Shown: positions 1 to 13,147, counted from the first letter of the stretch. The stretch: 64,000 nt of DNA from Magallana gigas (GCF_963853765.1 NC_088861.1:16120001-16184000), one strand, 5' to 3'. The notes: generated by a model not told the origin, from the letters alone. Made by a program: numbers and translations.

Positions 1-2133
1 AATTAAATCCTCCAACTTCGAATTCTGCTAAATGGCCCATGATTTTTGTAATCAACCACTGGTATATGACGCAGCGTGGTTTAATAGAGTTTTAACTTTT
101 AATTCAAGTGCAAGGTTTTGAAATTTAAAAAATATCTTTCAATGACCCCAACATTATCACAGTTATTACCAAATAAAACGTCAATTTTCGCCCATTAATG
201 TGCAATAAAAATGTCATAATTTTCCCTTTTTTTAAAAAAGTCATACAATCAATTTGGACTTGGGGAATGTTTACAAAACAATCTAACATTGGAATCAGTA
301 GTTTTTCATTGACATGAAAATAGATTTGCGTCAATTTTCTCTCGGAGATTAAAAGATATAAATATCTTCCATGGTAAAAATTGCTAAGATTATCGAAAAC
401 AGTTTTTACCCTAAAATATCACTCTCATTCTGCAATCTGTGGTACAAACCGATTACAAGTATTAGGTCGCTATAAAGTACGGAATGACAAGTTTATCAAT
501 ACTTTAATCGTACACATACCAGAAGCTGATTTATCTTCCCTGTCAATTTCAAAGTTTTAATAGGGTTTTCATCAACCCCTCCCTTCCCCCTCAATTTACC
601 ATTTATTAGAATAGAGTTCTTTTAAATTAACTTAGTCTAATATTAATCATTTTAAACCATGCTGTAAAAAGATGAGGATCTTCTATTTGTAAGAAGAAAA
701 ATATAAACACATATACATGTATTGTGTTACCAATCAATACATAAGTATCATCTGTCACATATTCACATATTATACATCAAGTTTTGTTTCATTTAGATAC
801 AAGTGTGTTTGATGTTACTGTATTATACATGTACCCTTGAATCCATAGTTATAAATTAATTAAGATAGGGCAATGGTCATACTTATTTTATCAAGTTAAT
901 ATTCTATTATCAGACAATTACTTTGATATTAATTAAATACTTTCTATAAATAAATATTTTTATGTGGACTGGCTAACCCTCCCCCCCCCCCCCCTAACCA
1001 TTATCATTACATAATTGAGGTAATCTGTTGTTCTCAATGCATATGAACAAGTTCTTGAACTTTTACACCCGTATTCAGGGAATGAGACAGGTATATTTTT
1101 CATTAGGTAATTACGGGTATTGCTTATGTAACCTGTGTATTCAGACACATAACCAGAGATATATATCACACTTAAACCATTGATTCAAATGAGTTTATTC
1201 TGGCATTTGGGTTTTTTTTTTTTTTGAAAGTGATTTATCAAAAGGGAGATCAAAAGCTATTGCCATTGTTCGAAGCAATAAAAATAATCCTGAATTCTTT
1301 GTTGTCTTGCATTTAAACCTTTTGTTATCTTGTAAGAAAAGCTTAATCTTTCATCAGGGCAGGCATTAAGACTTTTAAAAAATTGTTTTGCCATTGAAAC
1401 TTAATCGTCCCTGTATAGCAATATTCTAGTATGTGTGACAAGAACAATATTTGTTTTAAAGGTTTTCTTTTATCGCATGCAGTCCATTTCATTAAAATAA
1501 CTTTCTAATTTCTTGGTTACATCATTGTCTCGAATTTTTGAAGACTTGTTGTTGAGACATAATGGCTGTAGCTTTTTTTTCTTTCTAGCAAGTGATTTAC
1601 TTTTCTTTTTTTCTAGTCTATTGTTACATTTTAAAGCATATATTTTAGCTGTAAATTTCAGAAGTTCTACAATCATAATGATATTATTGAATGAAAAAAC
1701 TCATATCAAATTCAAAATATATTTTATTGGCTTGGAGAAAACTGCAGATTTTGCTTTCCAAGAGTATTTTGTACCAAATGGTTTATCTAAATAATATTTT
1801 ACAATATTGTATGTAAGATTTTGATATCATGCCTCATTTGAATTAAGCCTCTTAGTTTTACATTAAAAAAGGGGGGATGGGGTGGGAGGGGTCAACACAT
1901 TGATAATCTGTAACATCATAAATTGATATTTATTAGCATAAAGTTTTCATTTCTATTTGAAAATATTGCATTAACTAGAGCAACAGTGTGATCTCAAGTG
2001 GGACACATACTATACACCTAGGCCTTTTATTTTTTAATTAATTAAGTCAATTAATAAATAAAATCATTAAATCAACTGTATACGGTCAATCAAATCAAAA
2101 TCACATACTTTTAAACATTTTTTTTCTTTTTAC

Positions 2134-2388
2134 CTGAGAATGGTCCCAATTTTCTAGCCATAGCGAGATTTTATCCAACTGCCTGTCAAATTCCACGCTA
2201 CTGTAGGTCGGGTGTCTGCCCCCGTGCCCCCTCCAGTTTGGCGCGTGAGTGCGGTCTGATTCAGTCTCCCCATCGGAACTCCTCTTCTTCCTGTATCTCG
2301 GAAACAAATTCGGTCTGGCGTCGGCATCGTCAAAAACCGGGATAGAAATGTTCAACTCCGGTATCTTTCTTTTCTCTACACTGGTCAT
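2134..2388 (-). CDS. Probable first coding exon (85 aa, MTSVEKRK...LWLENWDHSQ) of an unidentified gene; downstream exons not resolved
   Basis: ATG at 2386-2388; GC-richer codon-like ORF ending at a phase-0 donor CAG|gtaaaa (2133). No convincing phase-0 acceptor exon found to the left. Confidence 0.6.
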
Positions 2389-2976
2389 AATTTAAATGCT
2401 CCCACAGATAGTTCTGTTCGGTATTGTCCGAGATTTCATCAAATATTTTTGCACCAAAGCATTTATGAATTAAAAAAAAAAATTATATCATTTTATCGTC
2501 TGCCCAAACTTGGCGTGCTTTAGTTCAAGTTAAAGATCGCTAAAATGTTCTAACCCACTTGGCAACGCGCCGCGATAGTGTTACTTTTAAACCCGTTTGG
2601 CAGTATATACATATACTTGTGTTTCGTTAACTTGTTTTATCGATAATTATTGATATAGATTTAGGGGTTAATCAGAAATTTACCTTAATGGAGGGATTAA
2701 GGGACAAGAAGCGGTGTAGGGTATATTGCTAAGAATTCTCATAGACATCTCCAGCACTTGATGCTATTAATTTCCAGAAGACTTTTATTTTTTTGCATGA
2801 GTTACGATATTACTTTAACCACAATTATGGTATTAACTCTTCGAGTATTCGTAACCGATTTAAAACTTGTTTTCATGAGGGATTTTATCTGGGCGCATGT
2901 AACTTTCAATATATTCATTCTTTACATTGCTAAATGAGATCATAAAAATCAAAAGAAAAGTTTTCTAAATGATAAA

Positions 2977-3194
2977 CATGCACGGATCCAGTAAATTTTC
3001 GGGGTGGAAGGGGGGAGGGGGGTCCGAGGAATATCTTTTTCGTGGTGGTGGTGGGGGGGGGGGGGGGGTTGAGACCTACATGTATATCACATCATTTTAC
3101 CACGTAAATTTAAGAAATTTGAATTTTCCAGGGAAGGGGGTAAGACTCTCTCCCGACCCCGAACCCGACCCCACTTGATAGAGATCCGCGCATG
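2977..3194. mobile_element. Small G-rich MITE-like element
   Basis: Terminal inverted repeats CATGCACGGATC ... GATCCGCGCATG around poly-G tracts; a matching end (GGATCCGCGCATG) recurs near 60348-60360. Confidence 0.55.
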
Positions 3195-3731
3195 ATATAG
3201 TTCTTCAGTTTATTCTTTTTATTTGCTAGCAGTCAACGCAATATATTACAGCCAGGTGCGACATTCCGGTATAATGTGACGCCAAATCCCCACTTCTGCT
3301 TTGTAATAAAAGTCAGTCAAAACACAGCACTGATTCTTTGACTCCACCACTTTACCAGACCACTCATATTTGTTTTATCTAGAATTGCACCATATTCTCA
3401 GTACAAGGTGTACGTGCACATCGTACCCACTTCACACAGTTCAAGATAACATTGTTTTCTCGTTCGTTTTTGGTACATGGTCAATATCTTCCTTGTGTGC
3501 GCTTGTTTCTTATATGTATATATTACTTATACCTTTTCATTTGTTCTAAACAAGAATAATAATAAAGAACCAACTGCAATTACAATTAGAGATAATATAT
3601 GTTTTAATATTCGATATTCACAATTTTTTTTATATTTTAAAAGTTGACATTAAAAACAAACTACAGAGGTAGGCGACAATTTAGAAATTTAAACATATAT
3701 TATCAATCCATTGCTCATTGTTATTCATTGT

Positions 3732-6700
3732 CTATCTTAATCCCAAAAATTTTCGAATTCTCCTTCGTAGTCCAAATTTTTGCTTCTCTTTCTTTGAGGG
3801 AGTCTGGAAAAGAAAAAGGACCAAGTCATGAAACATGTATCAATTAACAAAAATCCTAATGGAATTGGAGAGGAAAAAACCCATCACCACCACCACCAAC
3901 AACAACAACCAAATTTATGCTATCTGTTTTAATGTAAATACCTCCATTTTGTCCTCTTCCTCGTCTTCATTTTCATCATCAACAATAGCCTTGGCACCAT
4001 CTAGGGATTCTGGGGGTGGTGAAGGTTCAGCTAATGCAATTGGATTAGATGAATGTACGTCTAAATAACTTGGACCCTGTGAATTAGGCAAAATATTTCA
4101 TATTAATGAATACTTTCCAGGTCTTTTCAATGTACACAAAGAAACAGAGTAAAACAAATACATGTTGAAATAAAGAAGCACATAATTCTTATCCCTCTTT
4201 TTCATATATATATAGATGTATACATTTCAATTGTATTTCATTTGGTGTCCAAATTAAAGTACAATTTTGGGACAATTTTCAAGGCAGACTGAATGAAAAA
4301 AGGAAATATGAAAGGGGAACATATATAGCAGGAACAATAACTCTACATAAAGAACTTATTATTTGGAACCAATAAGTACCTGGAGTGGAAGGTCGTCGCT
4401 TGATTTAAATGTGCTGATGTTGAACAGGAACAGCTTTCTCGGTACGAACTCCTCGTACGCCTCCTCCTCCAATAGTTTCAACTTTTTCCTTTCAGAGCTA
4501 GTTTGCTATAAAAAATAAAATCGAAAATTGTCTTTCATATTCCATGAATAGAATTTCCTTTATGATAGCGTATGTGGATTGGTCTGTAGTGTATAATTTG
4601 CTATAATATTAGTTATGCTGCATGGCCATGCATTTTCATATCATACATGTATTCTTACTAGTAGCTCGGCAAACACTAACTGCATTCTTTTCATCATCTT
4701 TTGTGTTTGTGTTTCCCGTTGAGCGTGAATTGTCTAGGGAAAAGGAACAATAAAAATAAAGATGCAACTGTGTTTGACTTTATGTGTATATTGCTATAAT
4801 CTGATATATATAATTATGTACATTAGCTTACCATAAGTTCTGCACAAACTTCACGCATTTTCTCCTTGATCTGCATAGTCCTTTGCTGAGCATGAAAAGT
4901 CTGAAGAAAGAAAGATTAAATGAAAATTACGACCGAACAACTGATAATATGAAAACATATACATGCAACGTATAAACTATTTGATTCAGTACCGTTGACT
5001 TTACTCGTACATTTATTTAAATGCACTCACCATTAGCTCTGCAAAAACTCTAGTCATGAGTTTCTTGGACGTCTTTATCTTTTGCTGAGAATGAAACATC
5101 TATTGGAAAGAGTAACGAAATTAACACTTAAAAATGTTTTAAAAGCATACATCATATTTTGATTGGAAGCATTTAAATCATAATTGATACTTGATTAAAA
5201 ATTTTGACTACATACATATGTATTTTATGAAATATAAGTACGCTTACCATTATCTCTGTTAAAACTGTACGCATTTGCTCCTTGGTCTTTTCAGCCTTTC
5301 GTTGTTCATGAAATGTCTGTTTAGAAATTAAAATAAAACATTATTAACTGGTTTCATATATGTATTGAGGCATTACACATAGGCGTCGGAACCGGGGAGG
5401 CTGGGGGGGGGGGGGGGCGGGGCTAAGCCCCCCCCCCCCACTTTTTTTGCAAAGTTAGGCCTAACCATCAGGGACATAGGATCATAGAGGGTTCAGCCCC
5501 CCTCCCCCCCCCACTTTTTCTCGGAGCAAAGATAGTTGTTCCTTAATTTACCTTGAAAGATTGAGAAGTTGGAATTATAAGCATAGTAGCCCCCCCCCCC
5601 CCCCACGGATTAGGAATTTCATGATTTTGGTGATTTGGGGGGGGGGGGATTGGTAGGTAAGATTTTTTTGGAAGTATAGGTACCCCCCCCCCCCCCCCCA
5701 CGGATTAGGATTTCCATGGTTTTGGAAATTAGTTTTTTTCCTCAATATCTCTGAGGATTAATCTAGCCCCCCCCCCCCTTTCAATTTGCTTCCGACGCCA
5801 GTGTTATAAAAACACCGTTTTAGCATTGTTTGATTGATTTATTGATTAAATGTAATATAGAAATGATATGTCAACTATTTTATATTTAACTGCAGTCTTT
5901 GCCTACCCTTAGCTCTGCAAAAACTTCACGCATTTGTCTTCTGTTAATTATCATTTTCTGTTCATCATGGAATGTCTGTAAAAATTGAAATCAATTTGTC
6001 TAAATACACGTGTGTGTATGTTCATTTCTTATAATCCCAATCTTGATTTTATTAATATTTTGTGTGTACAATAACTTACCATAAGCTCTTGAAAAACCTC
6101 ATGCATTTTTTCTTTGTTTTTCTTTATGTTCTGTTGAACGTGAAATGTCTGTAAAATCGAAATAAAATCAAGACTCTTTAAGATTATATCATACTTTATT
6201 AATATATCTATTAACAAATGAATTGAATTTTAAAATTTACAACAAATATGAATAGTATACCATAAGCTCTTCGAAAACTCCGATCATTTGTGCTTTGATT
6301 TTTTTGGTGTGCGACTCGGATTGATACTTCTGAAAAATTTATATAAATATGACAACAATGCTTTATACCTGCAGATTATGATAGTTGAAAATATTTAAAA
6401 TAGTGTAAAAGTTCTTACCAATAGTTCCTCCATTTCAACCACTCTCCTTTCTTTATTCTTCAGCAATTTCACTTGCATTGGTTGGTCCTGAAAATATGCA
6501 ATATGAAGCTAGATTATTAATTTTGTTTATAATTTATTTCATTCCTTCAGGGATCAATAGTAATAAAATTTGTTCAAAATTTGCACGAAACAGTATGATT
6601 AATCAAGATGAAACAATGTACATCTAAATAATATGAATAAACATGAAGTTTTAATTCCATTTTTAATAATTAAAAATACAATTCCACGTACTTGCACGAA

Positions 6701-7428
6701 TAGATCTTAAACGATTGTTATAGTTGTGCTATTAATAGTTGTTAACTCATAAAGATGTGTAATACCATGGGGGCTTTCCTTTGGAGAGGCAATCTAGCGA
6801 ATCTCGCGACCCAAGATGGCATGGATGCCTGATAAATAAAATTAAATACATTTGTCATTTTTTCATTCATTAATCTGCACGTTCAAAATTCTACATGGCA
6901 TTAATTAAGATTTAAGAGTTAGATATCTCAAAGCGTTCTTTATAATAACACAGTGTTAATATGAATGTTTCTGAAAATGAAATGTTTACCAATAAATCCC
7001 TCTGGACCTGCCCTCTGTTTCTCTTTTCGATTTGAGTTTGATTCTGCAGAAATATAAAAATTGAACTTACTAGTATCCATAAGTAAAACCATTACAGGAC
7101 CTTAAAATACGAGACGAATATGTTGTCATGGTGTAAATTTTGTATTTACTGCCACCCGGTAAATTCAAAATTTACAACATGACAATGTCACGCAATACGT
7201 TGAGAGACAAATACCAAATCACTGTTAGCGGGATGCATGCCTTTGTTCAGAGATATTAAAAAATTAAAACTTCGATTATCAAGGTGAAACTTAAAATTAG
7301 AAAACAATTCATCAATCGCTTAATGTATCGGATTGGTAAAAGCGTAATTTAATTTAGATCTTAACCACGTATACTTTATCTGGAGATATTTACAGTAAAA
7401 TAATCATACTTACATTCTTCTTCTCCAT
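3732..7428 (-). CDS. Copy A of an unrecognised 14-exon helical-repeat gene (340 aa)
   Basis: Exons in transcript order: 7428-7414, 7043-6990, 6828-6766, 6487-6419, 6329-6261, 6148-6080, 5975-5907, 5316-5248, 5099-5031, 4900-4832, 4733-4659, 4505-4380, 4076-3942, 3803-3732. All GT-AG, all lengths multiples of 3, no internal stop. MEKKN-NQTQIEKRNRGQVQRDLL-ASMPSWVARFARLPLQRKAPM-DQPMQVKLLKNKERRVVEMEELL-KYQSESHTKKIKAQMIGVFEELM-TFHVQQNIKKNKEKMHEVFQELM-TFHDEQKMIINRRQMREVFAELR-TFHEQRKAEKTKEQMRTVLTEIM-MFHSQQKIKTSKKLMTRVFAELM-TFHAQQRTMQIKEKMREVCAELM-TIHAQRETQTQKMMKRMQLVFAELL-QTSSERKKLKLLEEEAYEEFVPRKLFLFNISTFKSSDDLPLQ-GPSYLDVHSSNPIALAEPSPPPESLDGAKAIVDDENEDEEEDKME-TPSKKEKQKFGLRRRIRKFLGLR*. Confidence 0.85.
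5376..5803. mobile_element. 428-bp non-autonomous DNA transposon (MITE) with 3-bp TSD in intron 7 of copy A
   Basis: TIR-like ends CACATAGGCGTCGGAA ... TTCCGACGCCAGTG; TTA duplicated at 5373-5375 and 5804-5806; copies B and C show the empty site GAGGCATTATAAAAACAC. Confidence 0.9.
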
Positions 7429-7437
7429 CCTTCCTTT

Positions 7438-7510
7438 CGGTTGTAGCAACAACAATGATTATGGCGTCATAGATAACGATCGTCATTGTGACGTATGTAT
7501 GACGTAATAG
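7438..7510 (-). promoter_or_regulatory. Putative proximal promoter/5' region of copy A (RFX-like site plus CRE-like cluster)
   Basis: GTTGTAGCAAC, TGGCGTCA (7462-7469) and two TGACGTA just upstream of the ATG; block conserved in copies B, C and D. Confidence 0.4.
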
Positions 7511-7967
7511 AAAACGACTCTCTCTCTCTTCCATAGGTATGGGGCATAACGTAACACCGTACTCGTATATAACATTTGTCGCAGGTCCCTAAAATCAGCT
7601 TCAATATATAGCGGTGCTGCGGTTTTAATACATGTTCAATGCATTACTTAAGAAATATTAAGAAAAAAATTTCAATTACATTGTAAAAAGCCAAATCTAG
7701 CGCAGTTGCATAATATGTTACTTTGTCAACTTAATCGTCTGTAAATTGGAAACTGAATACAGATTTTGTGATTTTAATTTCAAAAATATTCAAAATTTCA
7801 ATTTCAATACAATAATGACATGATGTTCTTTTAGGTAAAATGTGAAAAAGAGCCACTGCGAATAATAAACAGTGTGTACTAAATCAGTTTCGAAATATAG
7901 CCCGCCATGCATCGCGATAGCCCAACTTTGAAAACACGTCGTCAAAATTGTGTAAAAGCGACTGTAT

Positions 7968-8631
7968 TTTGTGCAGGACAGTGTGTCGTATAAATTTGTG
8001 TTAGCGCGACTGTGCGTTGTGCAGAGTTGTGTTATAGCAAACTTGTGTTGTGTATGGCTTTGTTAAGGCTATAACGTGTTTTGAAGACTTATGTTTGCGC
8101 TATCGTGTGTTGTGCAGAGTTAAACTAGCGCAATCGTGTGCTGTGTAGGGTTTTGTTAGCATGACGGCCTGTCGTACAAAGTTGTGACAGCATGTTGTGC
8201 AGAGTTGTAACGCGACCATGTGTTGTGCAGAGTTGTGTTAGCGTCACCGCGTGTTGTGTATAGAGTTGTATTAGCGCGAAAGTGTGTTGTGCAGAGTTGT
8301 GTTATAGCGAACATGTGTTATACATGGTTGTGTTAACGCTATCACGCGTTTTGAAGATTTGTCTTAGCGCAACCGCGTGTGTTGTATACAGAGTAGTGGT
8401 AGCGCTATCGTGTGTTGTGCAGAGTTGTGTAAGCGCGACCATAAGTTGTGCAGAGTATATTGTTAGTGCGACAGTGTTTTTGTGCAGAGTTGTATTAGCG
8501 CAAATATGTGTTGTGCATGTAAAGAGTTGTGTTAGTGGGACCATGTGTTGTATGTAAAGAGTTGTGTTAGCGCGATCGCGTGTTGTGCAGAGTTGTGTTA
8601 GCACGACCATGTATTGTCCAGAGTTGTGTTG
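7968..8631. repeat. ~31-bp satellite array, consensus TGTGTTGTGCAGAGTTGTGTTAGCGCGACCA
   Basis: Directly visible degenerate tandem units between copies A and B. Confidence 0.9.
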
Positions 8632-8807
8632 AAGAACCAACAGCAATTAAAAATAGAGAACAATTTAAGTTTTATTAACATCTGACATTCACTTTAACTT
8701 GTAGATTTGAACGTTGACAATAAAAGCAGAAAAGTACAGAGATGTAGCCGACAATATAGAAATATATAACAGATATGATAAATCCAATGCTCAATGTTGT
8801 TCATTGT

Positions 8808-11800
8808 CTATTTCAATCCTAGAAACTTTCTAATTCTTCTTCTCCATCCATTCTTTTTCTTCTCCAAATTATTTGATGGAATCTAAAGAACAAGAAAGAA
8901 TTCAGCCATGAATATACGTATTAATAAAGACTTCACAGAAAAAAAAAAATCGCCAGATGATAATACATATATATGAGAACAGTTCTAAAATAACTACGAT
9001 ATACATGTACCTCCATTTTCTCTTCGTCGTCGCCTTCGTTTTCATCATCAACAACGTAGCAGGCACCATCTAAGGACTCTGGGGGTAGTTCAAGTTCAGC
9101 TGATGCCACAAGGCTTGATAGGTCTGGATACCTCGGACCCTGCGAAGGCAGAATGTTTAATTTTTAGTACGTGTATATACTTTACAGGTTATGCAACTTC
9201 CATGTACATGTACATAAAGAAACACAGTAAAACCGATTAACTGTGAAAATGAAAAATTAAGCACTTTATCATATATAATAAGATGCATGCATTTAAAATA
9301 TATTTCAATCAATTTGTGACCAAATTAAAGTGAAGTTTTGAGACCATTTCCAAAGCAGATCCGCGGACTGAATGAAAAAGAAATTTGAAAAGGAGACATA
9401 TAGCAGGAACAATAACTCTGTATAAAGAACTTCTTATTTGACGTCATGCAGTTTGTAACTTTTTACCTGGAGTAGATGGTCATCATCGGTTTGCTTGAAA
9501 CTGATGATGTTGAACAGGAACAGCTTTCTCGGTACGAACTCCTCCTCCTCCAATAATTTCAACTTTTTCCTTTCAGTGTTAATTTGCTATAAAAAATAAA
9601 ATCGAAAATTGTATGTCATATTCCATGAATAAAATTTCCTTTATGATAGCGTATGTGAATTGGTCTTTATAGTATATAATTTGCTATAATATTAATTATG
9701 CTGCATGGCCATGCATTTTCATATCATACATGTATTCTTACTAGTAGCTCGTCAAACACTAACTGCATTCTTTTCATCATCTTTTCTGTTTGTGCTTCAC
9801 GTTGAGCGTGAATCGTCTAGGGAAAAGAAATAATAAATATAAACATGCAACTGTACATGTATTTGAATTTATGTGTATATTGTTATAATCAGATATATAT
9901 GTACATTAGCTTACCATAAGTTCTGCACAAACTTGACGCATTTTCTCTTTGATCTGCTTAGTCCTTTGCTGAGCATGATAAGTCTGGAAAAAAAATATTA
10001 AATGAAAATTGCGACTTAACAACTTATAACATGTAAACATACTTGTATTTCAAAGATGCAACGTATAACAAGTATTGTTGTAAACTATTTGAATCAGTTC
10101 TGTTGACTATACTCGTACATTTATTTAAATGCACTCACCATTAGCTCTGCAAAAACTCTAGTCATGAGTTTCTTGGACGTCCTCATCTTTTGCTGAGAAT
10201 GAAACATCTATTGGAAAAAGTTACGAAATTAACACTTAAAAATGCTTTAAAAGCATACATCATATGTTGATTGAAAGCATTTAAATCATAATTGATACTT
10301 GATTAAAATTTTTGACTACATACATATGTATTTCATGAAATATAAGTACGCTTACCATTATCTCTGTTAAAACTGTACGCATTTGCTCCTTGGTCTTTTC
10401 AGCCTTTCGTTGTTCTTGAAATGTCTGTTTAGAAATTAAAATAAATCATTAACTGGTTTCATATGTATTGAGGCATTATAAAAACACTGTTTTAGCATTG
10501 ATTGAATGATTGATTGATGAGATGTTATACAGAAACGATATGTCAATTATTTTTTGTTTTACTACAGTCTTTGCTAACCCTTAGCTCTGTAAAAACTTCA
10601 CGCATTAGTACTTTGTTCTTATGTATTTTCTGCTTATCATGAAATGTCTGTAAATTTTGAAATCCAATGTTTAAAATACACGTGCGTGTATTTTCATTTC
10701 TTATAATTCCAATCTTGATTTTCTTAATATTTTGTGTGTACAATAACTTACCATAAGCTCTTGAAGAACTTCATCCATTCTCTTTTTGTTTTTCTGGATG
10801 CATTGTTGAACGTGACATGTCTGTAAAATCGAAATAAAATCAAGACTTTTTAAGATTAGATCATACTTTATTAATATATCTATTAACAAATGAATTGAAT
10901 TTTAAAATTTACAACAAATATGGATAATATACCATAAGCTCTTCAAAAACTCGGGTCATTTGTGCTTTGATTTTTTTGGTCTGCGTCTCGGATTGATACT
11001 TCTGAAAAATTTATATAAATATGACAACAATGCTTTATACCTGCAGATTATGATAGTTTAAAATATTTATAATAGTGTAAAAGTTCTTACCAATAGTTCC
11101 TCCATTTCAACCACTCTCCTTCCTTTATTCTTCAGCAATTTCACTTGCATTGGTTGGTCCTGAAAATATGCAATATGAAGCTATATAGATTATTAATTTT
11201 GTCCATAATTTATTTCATTCCTTCAGAGATCAATAGTAAAAAAATGTGTTCAAAAATTGCACGAAACAGTATGATTAATTGAGATGAAACAATGTACATC
11301 TAAATAATATGAATAAACATGAAGTTTTAATTCCATGTTTAATAATTTGTCAATTATTTTTAAAAATTCAATTCCACGTACTTGCACAAATAGATCTAAA
11401 ACAATTGTTTTAGTTGTGCTAATAATAGTTAACTCATAAAGATGTGTAATACCATGGGGGCTTTCCTTTGGAGAGGGAATTTAGTGAACCTGGCGACCCA
11501 AGATGGCGTGGATAGCTGATAAATGAAATTGAATAAATTTTTCATTTTTTCATTCATTAATCTGCACATTCAAAATTCTACATGGCATTAATTAAGATTT
11601 AAGAGTTGGTGTTAGATATCTCAAAGCATTCTTTATAATAACACAGTGTTAATATGACTGTTTCTGAAAATGAAATGTTTACCAATAAATCCCTCTGGAC
11701 CTGCCCTCTGTTTCTCCTTTCGATTTGAGTTTGATTCTGCAGAAATAAAAAAATTGAACTTACTAGTATCCATAAGTATTACCATTACAGGAACTTTAAA

Positions 11801-12120
11801 TACGAGACGAATATGTTGTTATGTTGCATTGTAAACTTTGTATTTACTGCCATCCGGTAAATTCAAAATTTACAACATGACAATGTCACGCAATACGTTG
11901 AGAGACAAATACCAAATCACTGTTAGCTGGATGCATGCATTTGTTCAGAGAAAAAAAATTAAAACTTAGATTATCAAGGTGAAACTTAAAATTAGAAAAC
12001 AATTCATCAATCGCTTAATGTATCGGATTGGTAAAAGCGTAATTTAATTTAGACTTTAACCAAGTACACTTTATCTGGAGTTATTTACAGTAAAATAATC
12101 ATACTTACATTCTTCTCCAT
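8808..12120 (-). CDS. Copy B of the 14-exon helical-repeat gene (336 aa)
   Basis: Exons: 12120-12109, 11736-11683, 11515-11453, 11159-11091, 11001-10933, 10820-10752, 10647-10579, 10424-10356, 10207-10139, 9983-9915, 9816-9742, 9586-9467, 9139-9011, 8882-8808. All GT-AG, phase 0, open; ends IPSNNLEKKKNGWRRRIRKFLGLK*. Confidence 0.85.
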
Positions 12121-12129
12121 CCTTCCTTT

Positions 12130-12200
12130 CGGTTGTAGCAACAACAATGATTATGACGTCATAGATAACGATCGTCATTGTGACGTATGAATGACGTAAA
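12130..12200 (-). promoter_or_regulatory. Putative proximal promoter of copy B with a perfect CRE palindrome
   Basis: GTTGTAGCAAC, TGACGTCA (12154-12161), TGACGTA (12181 and 12192). Confidence 0.4.
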
Positions 12201-12494
12201 TTACATTGTAAAAAGGCAAACATCTAGCACAGTTTCATAATATGTTACTTTGTCAACTTAATCGTCTGTAAATTGGAAACTGAATACAGATTTTGTAATT
12301 TTAATTTCAAAAATATTCAAAATTTAAATTTCAATACGATAATGACATGATGTTCTTTCAGGTAAAATGTGAAAAACAGCCATTGCAAATAATAAACAGT
12401 GTGTACTAAATCAGTTTCGACATATAGCCCGCCATGCATTGCGGTAGCCCAACTTTGAAAACAGGCCGTCAAAATTGTGTAAAAGCGACTGTAT

Positions 12495-13147
12495 TTTGTG
12501 CAGTGTTGTGTTAGCAGGACAGTGTGTCGTATAAATTTGTGTTAGCGCGACTGTGCGTTGTGCAGAGTTGTGTAATAGCAAACATGTGTTGTGTATGGTT
12601 TTGTTAAGGCTATTACGTGTTTTGAAGACTTGTGTTTGCGCTATCGTGTGTTGTGCAGAGTTGAAGTAGCGCAATCGTGTGCTGTGCAGGGTTTTGTTAG
12701 CATGACGGCCTGTCGTAAAGAGTTGTGACGCGACCATGTGTTGTGCAGAGTTGTGTTAGCGTCACTGCGTGTTGTGTAGAGTTGTATTAGCGCGAAAGTG
12801 TGTTGTGCAGAGTTGTGTTATAGCGAACATGTGTTATACATGGTTGTGTTAACGCTATCACGCATTTTGAAGATTTGTCTTAGCGCAACCGCGTGTGTTG
12901 TATACAGAGTTGTGGTAGCGCTATCGTGTGTTGTGCAGAGTTGTGTAAGCGCGACCATGAGTTGTGCAGAGTATATTGTTAGTGCGACAGTGTTTTTGTG
13001 CAGAGTTGTATTAGCGCAAATATGTGTTGTGCATGTAAAGAGTTGTGTTAGTGGGACCATGTGTTGTATGTAAAGAGTTGTGTTAGCGCGATCGCGTGTT
13101 GTGCAGAGTTGTGTTAGCACGACCATGTATTGTCCAGAGTTGTGTTG
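12495..13147. repeat. ~31-bp satellite array, near-identical duplicate of 7968-8631 (offset 4516 bp)
   Basis: Same unit order. The ORF-track entries 8282-8557 and 12798-13073 differ at only two residues. Confidence 0.9.

Noticed and set aside
1470-1676. Lys-rich ORF as exon 2 of the gene starting at 2388
   Set aside because: Its acceptor is phase 1 while exon 1 ends in phase 0; direct splicing gives LKYML*.
6360-6380. Conserved CTGCAG|GTATAA (minus strand) in intron 4 of A-C as a recursive splice site or zero-length exon
   Set aside because: The intron is 89 nt; the two halves would be about 48 and 40 nt, too short to be plausible introns.
7968-8631. CRISPR-like appearance of the ~31-bp array
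   Set aside because: Units are contiguous and degenerate with no unique spacers, there are no cas genes, and the context is eukaryotic.
8282-8646. Cys/Val-rich and Thr/Leu-rich ORFs on both strands (also 12411-13162 and 16913-17646)
   Set aside because: They are translations of the 31-bp satellite; open on both strands, with periodic composition and no splice context.
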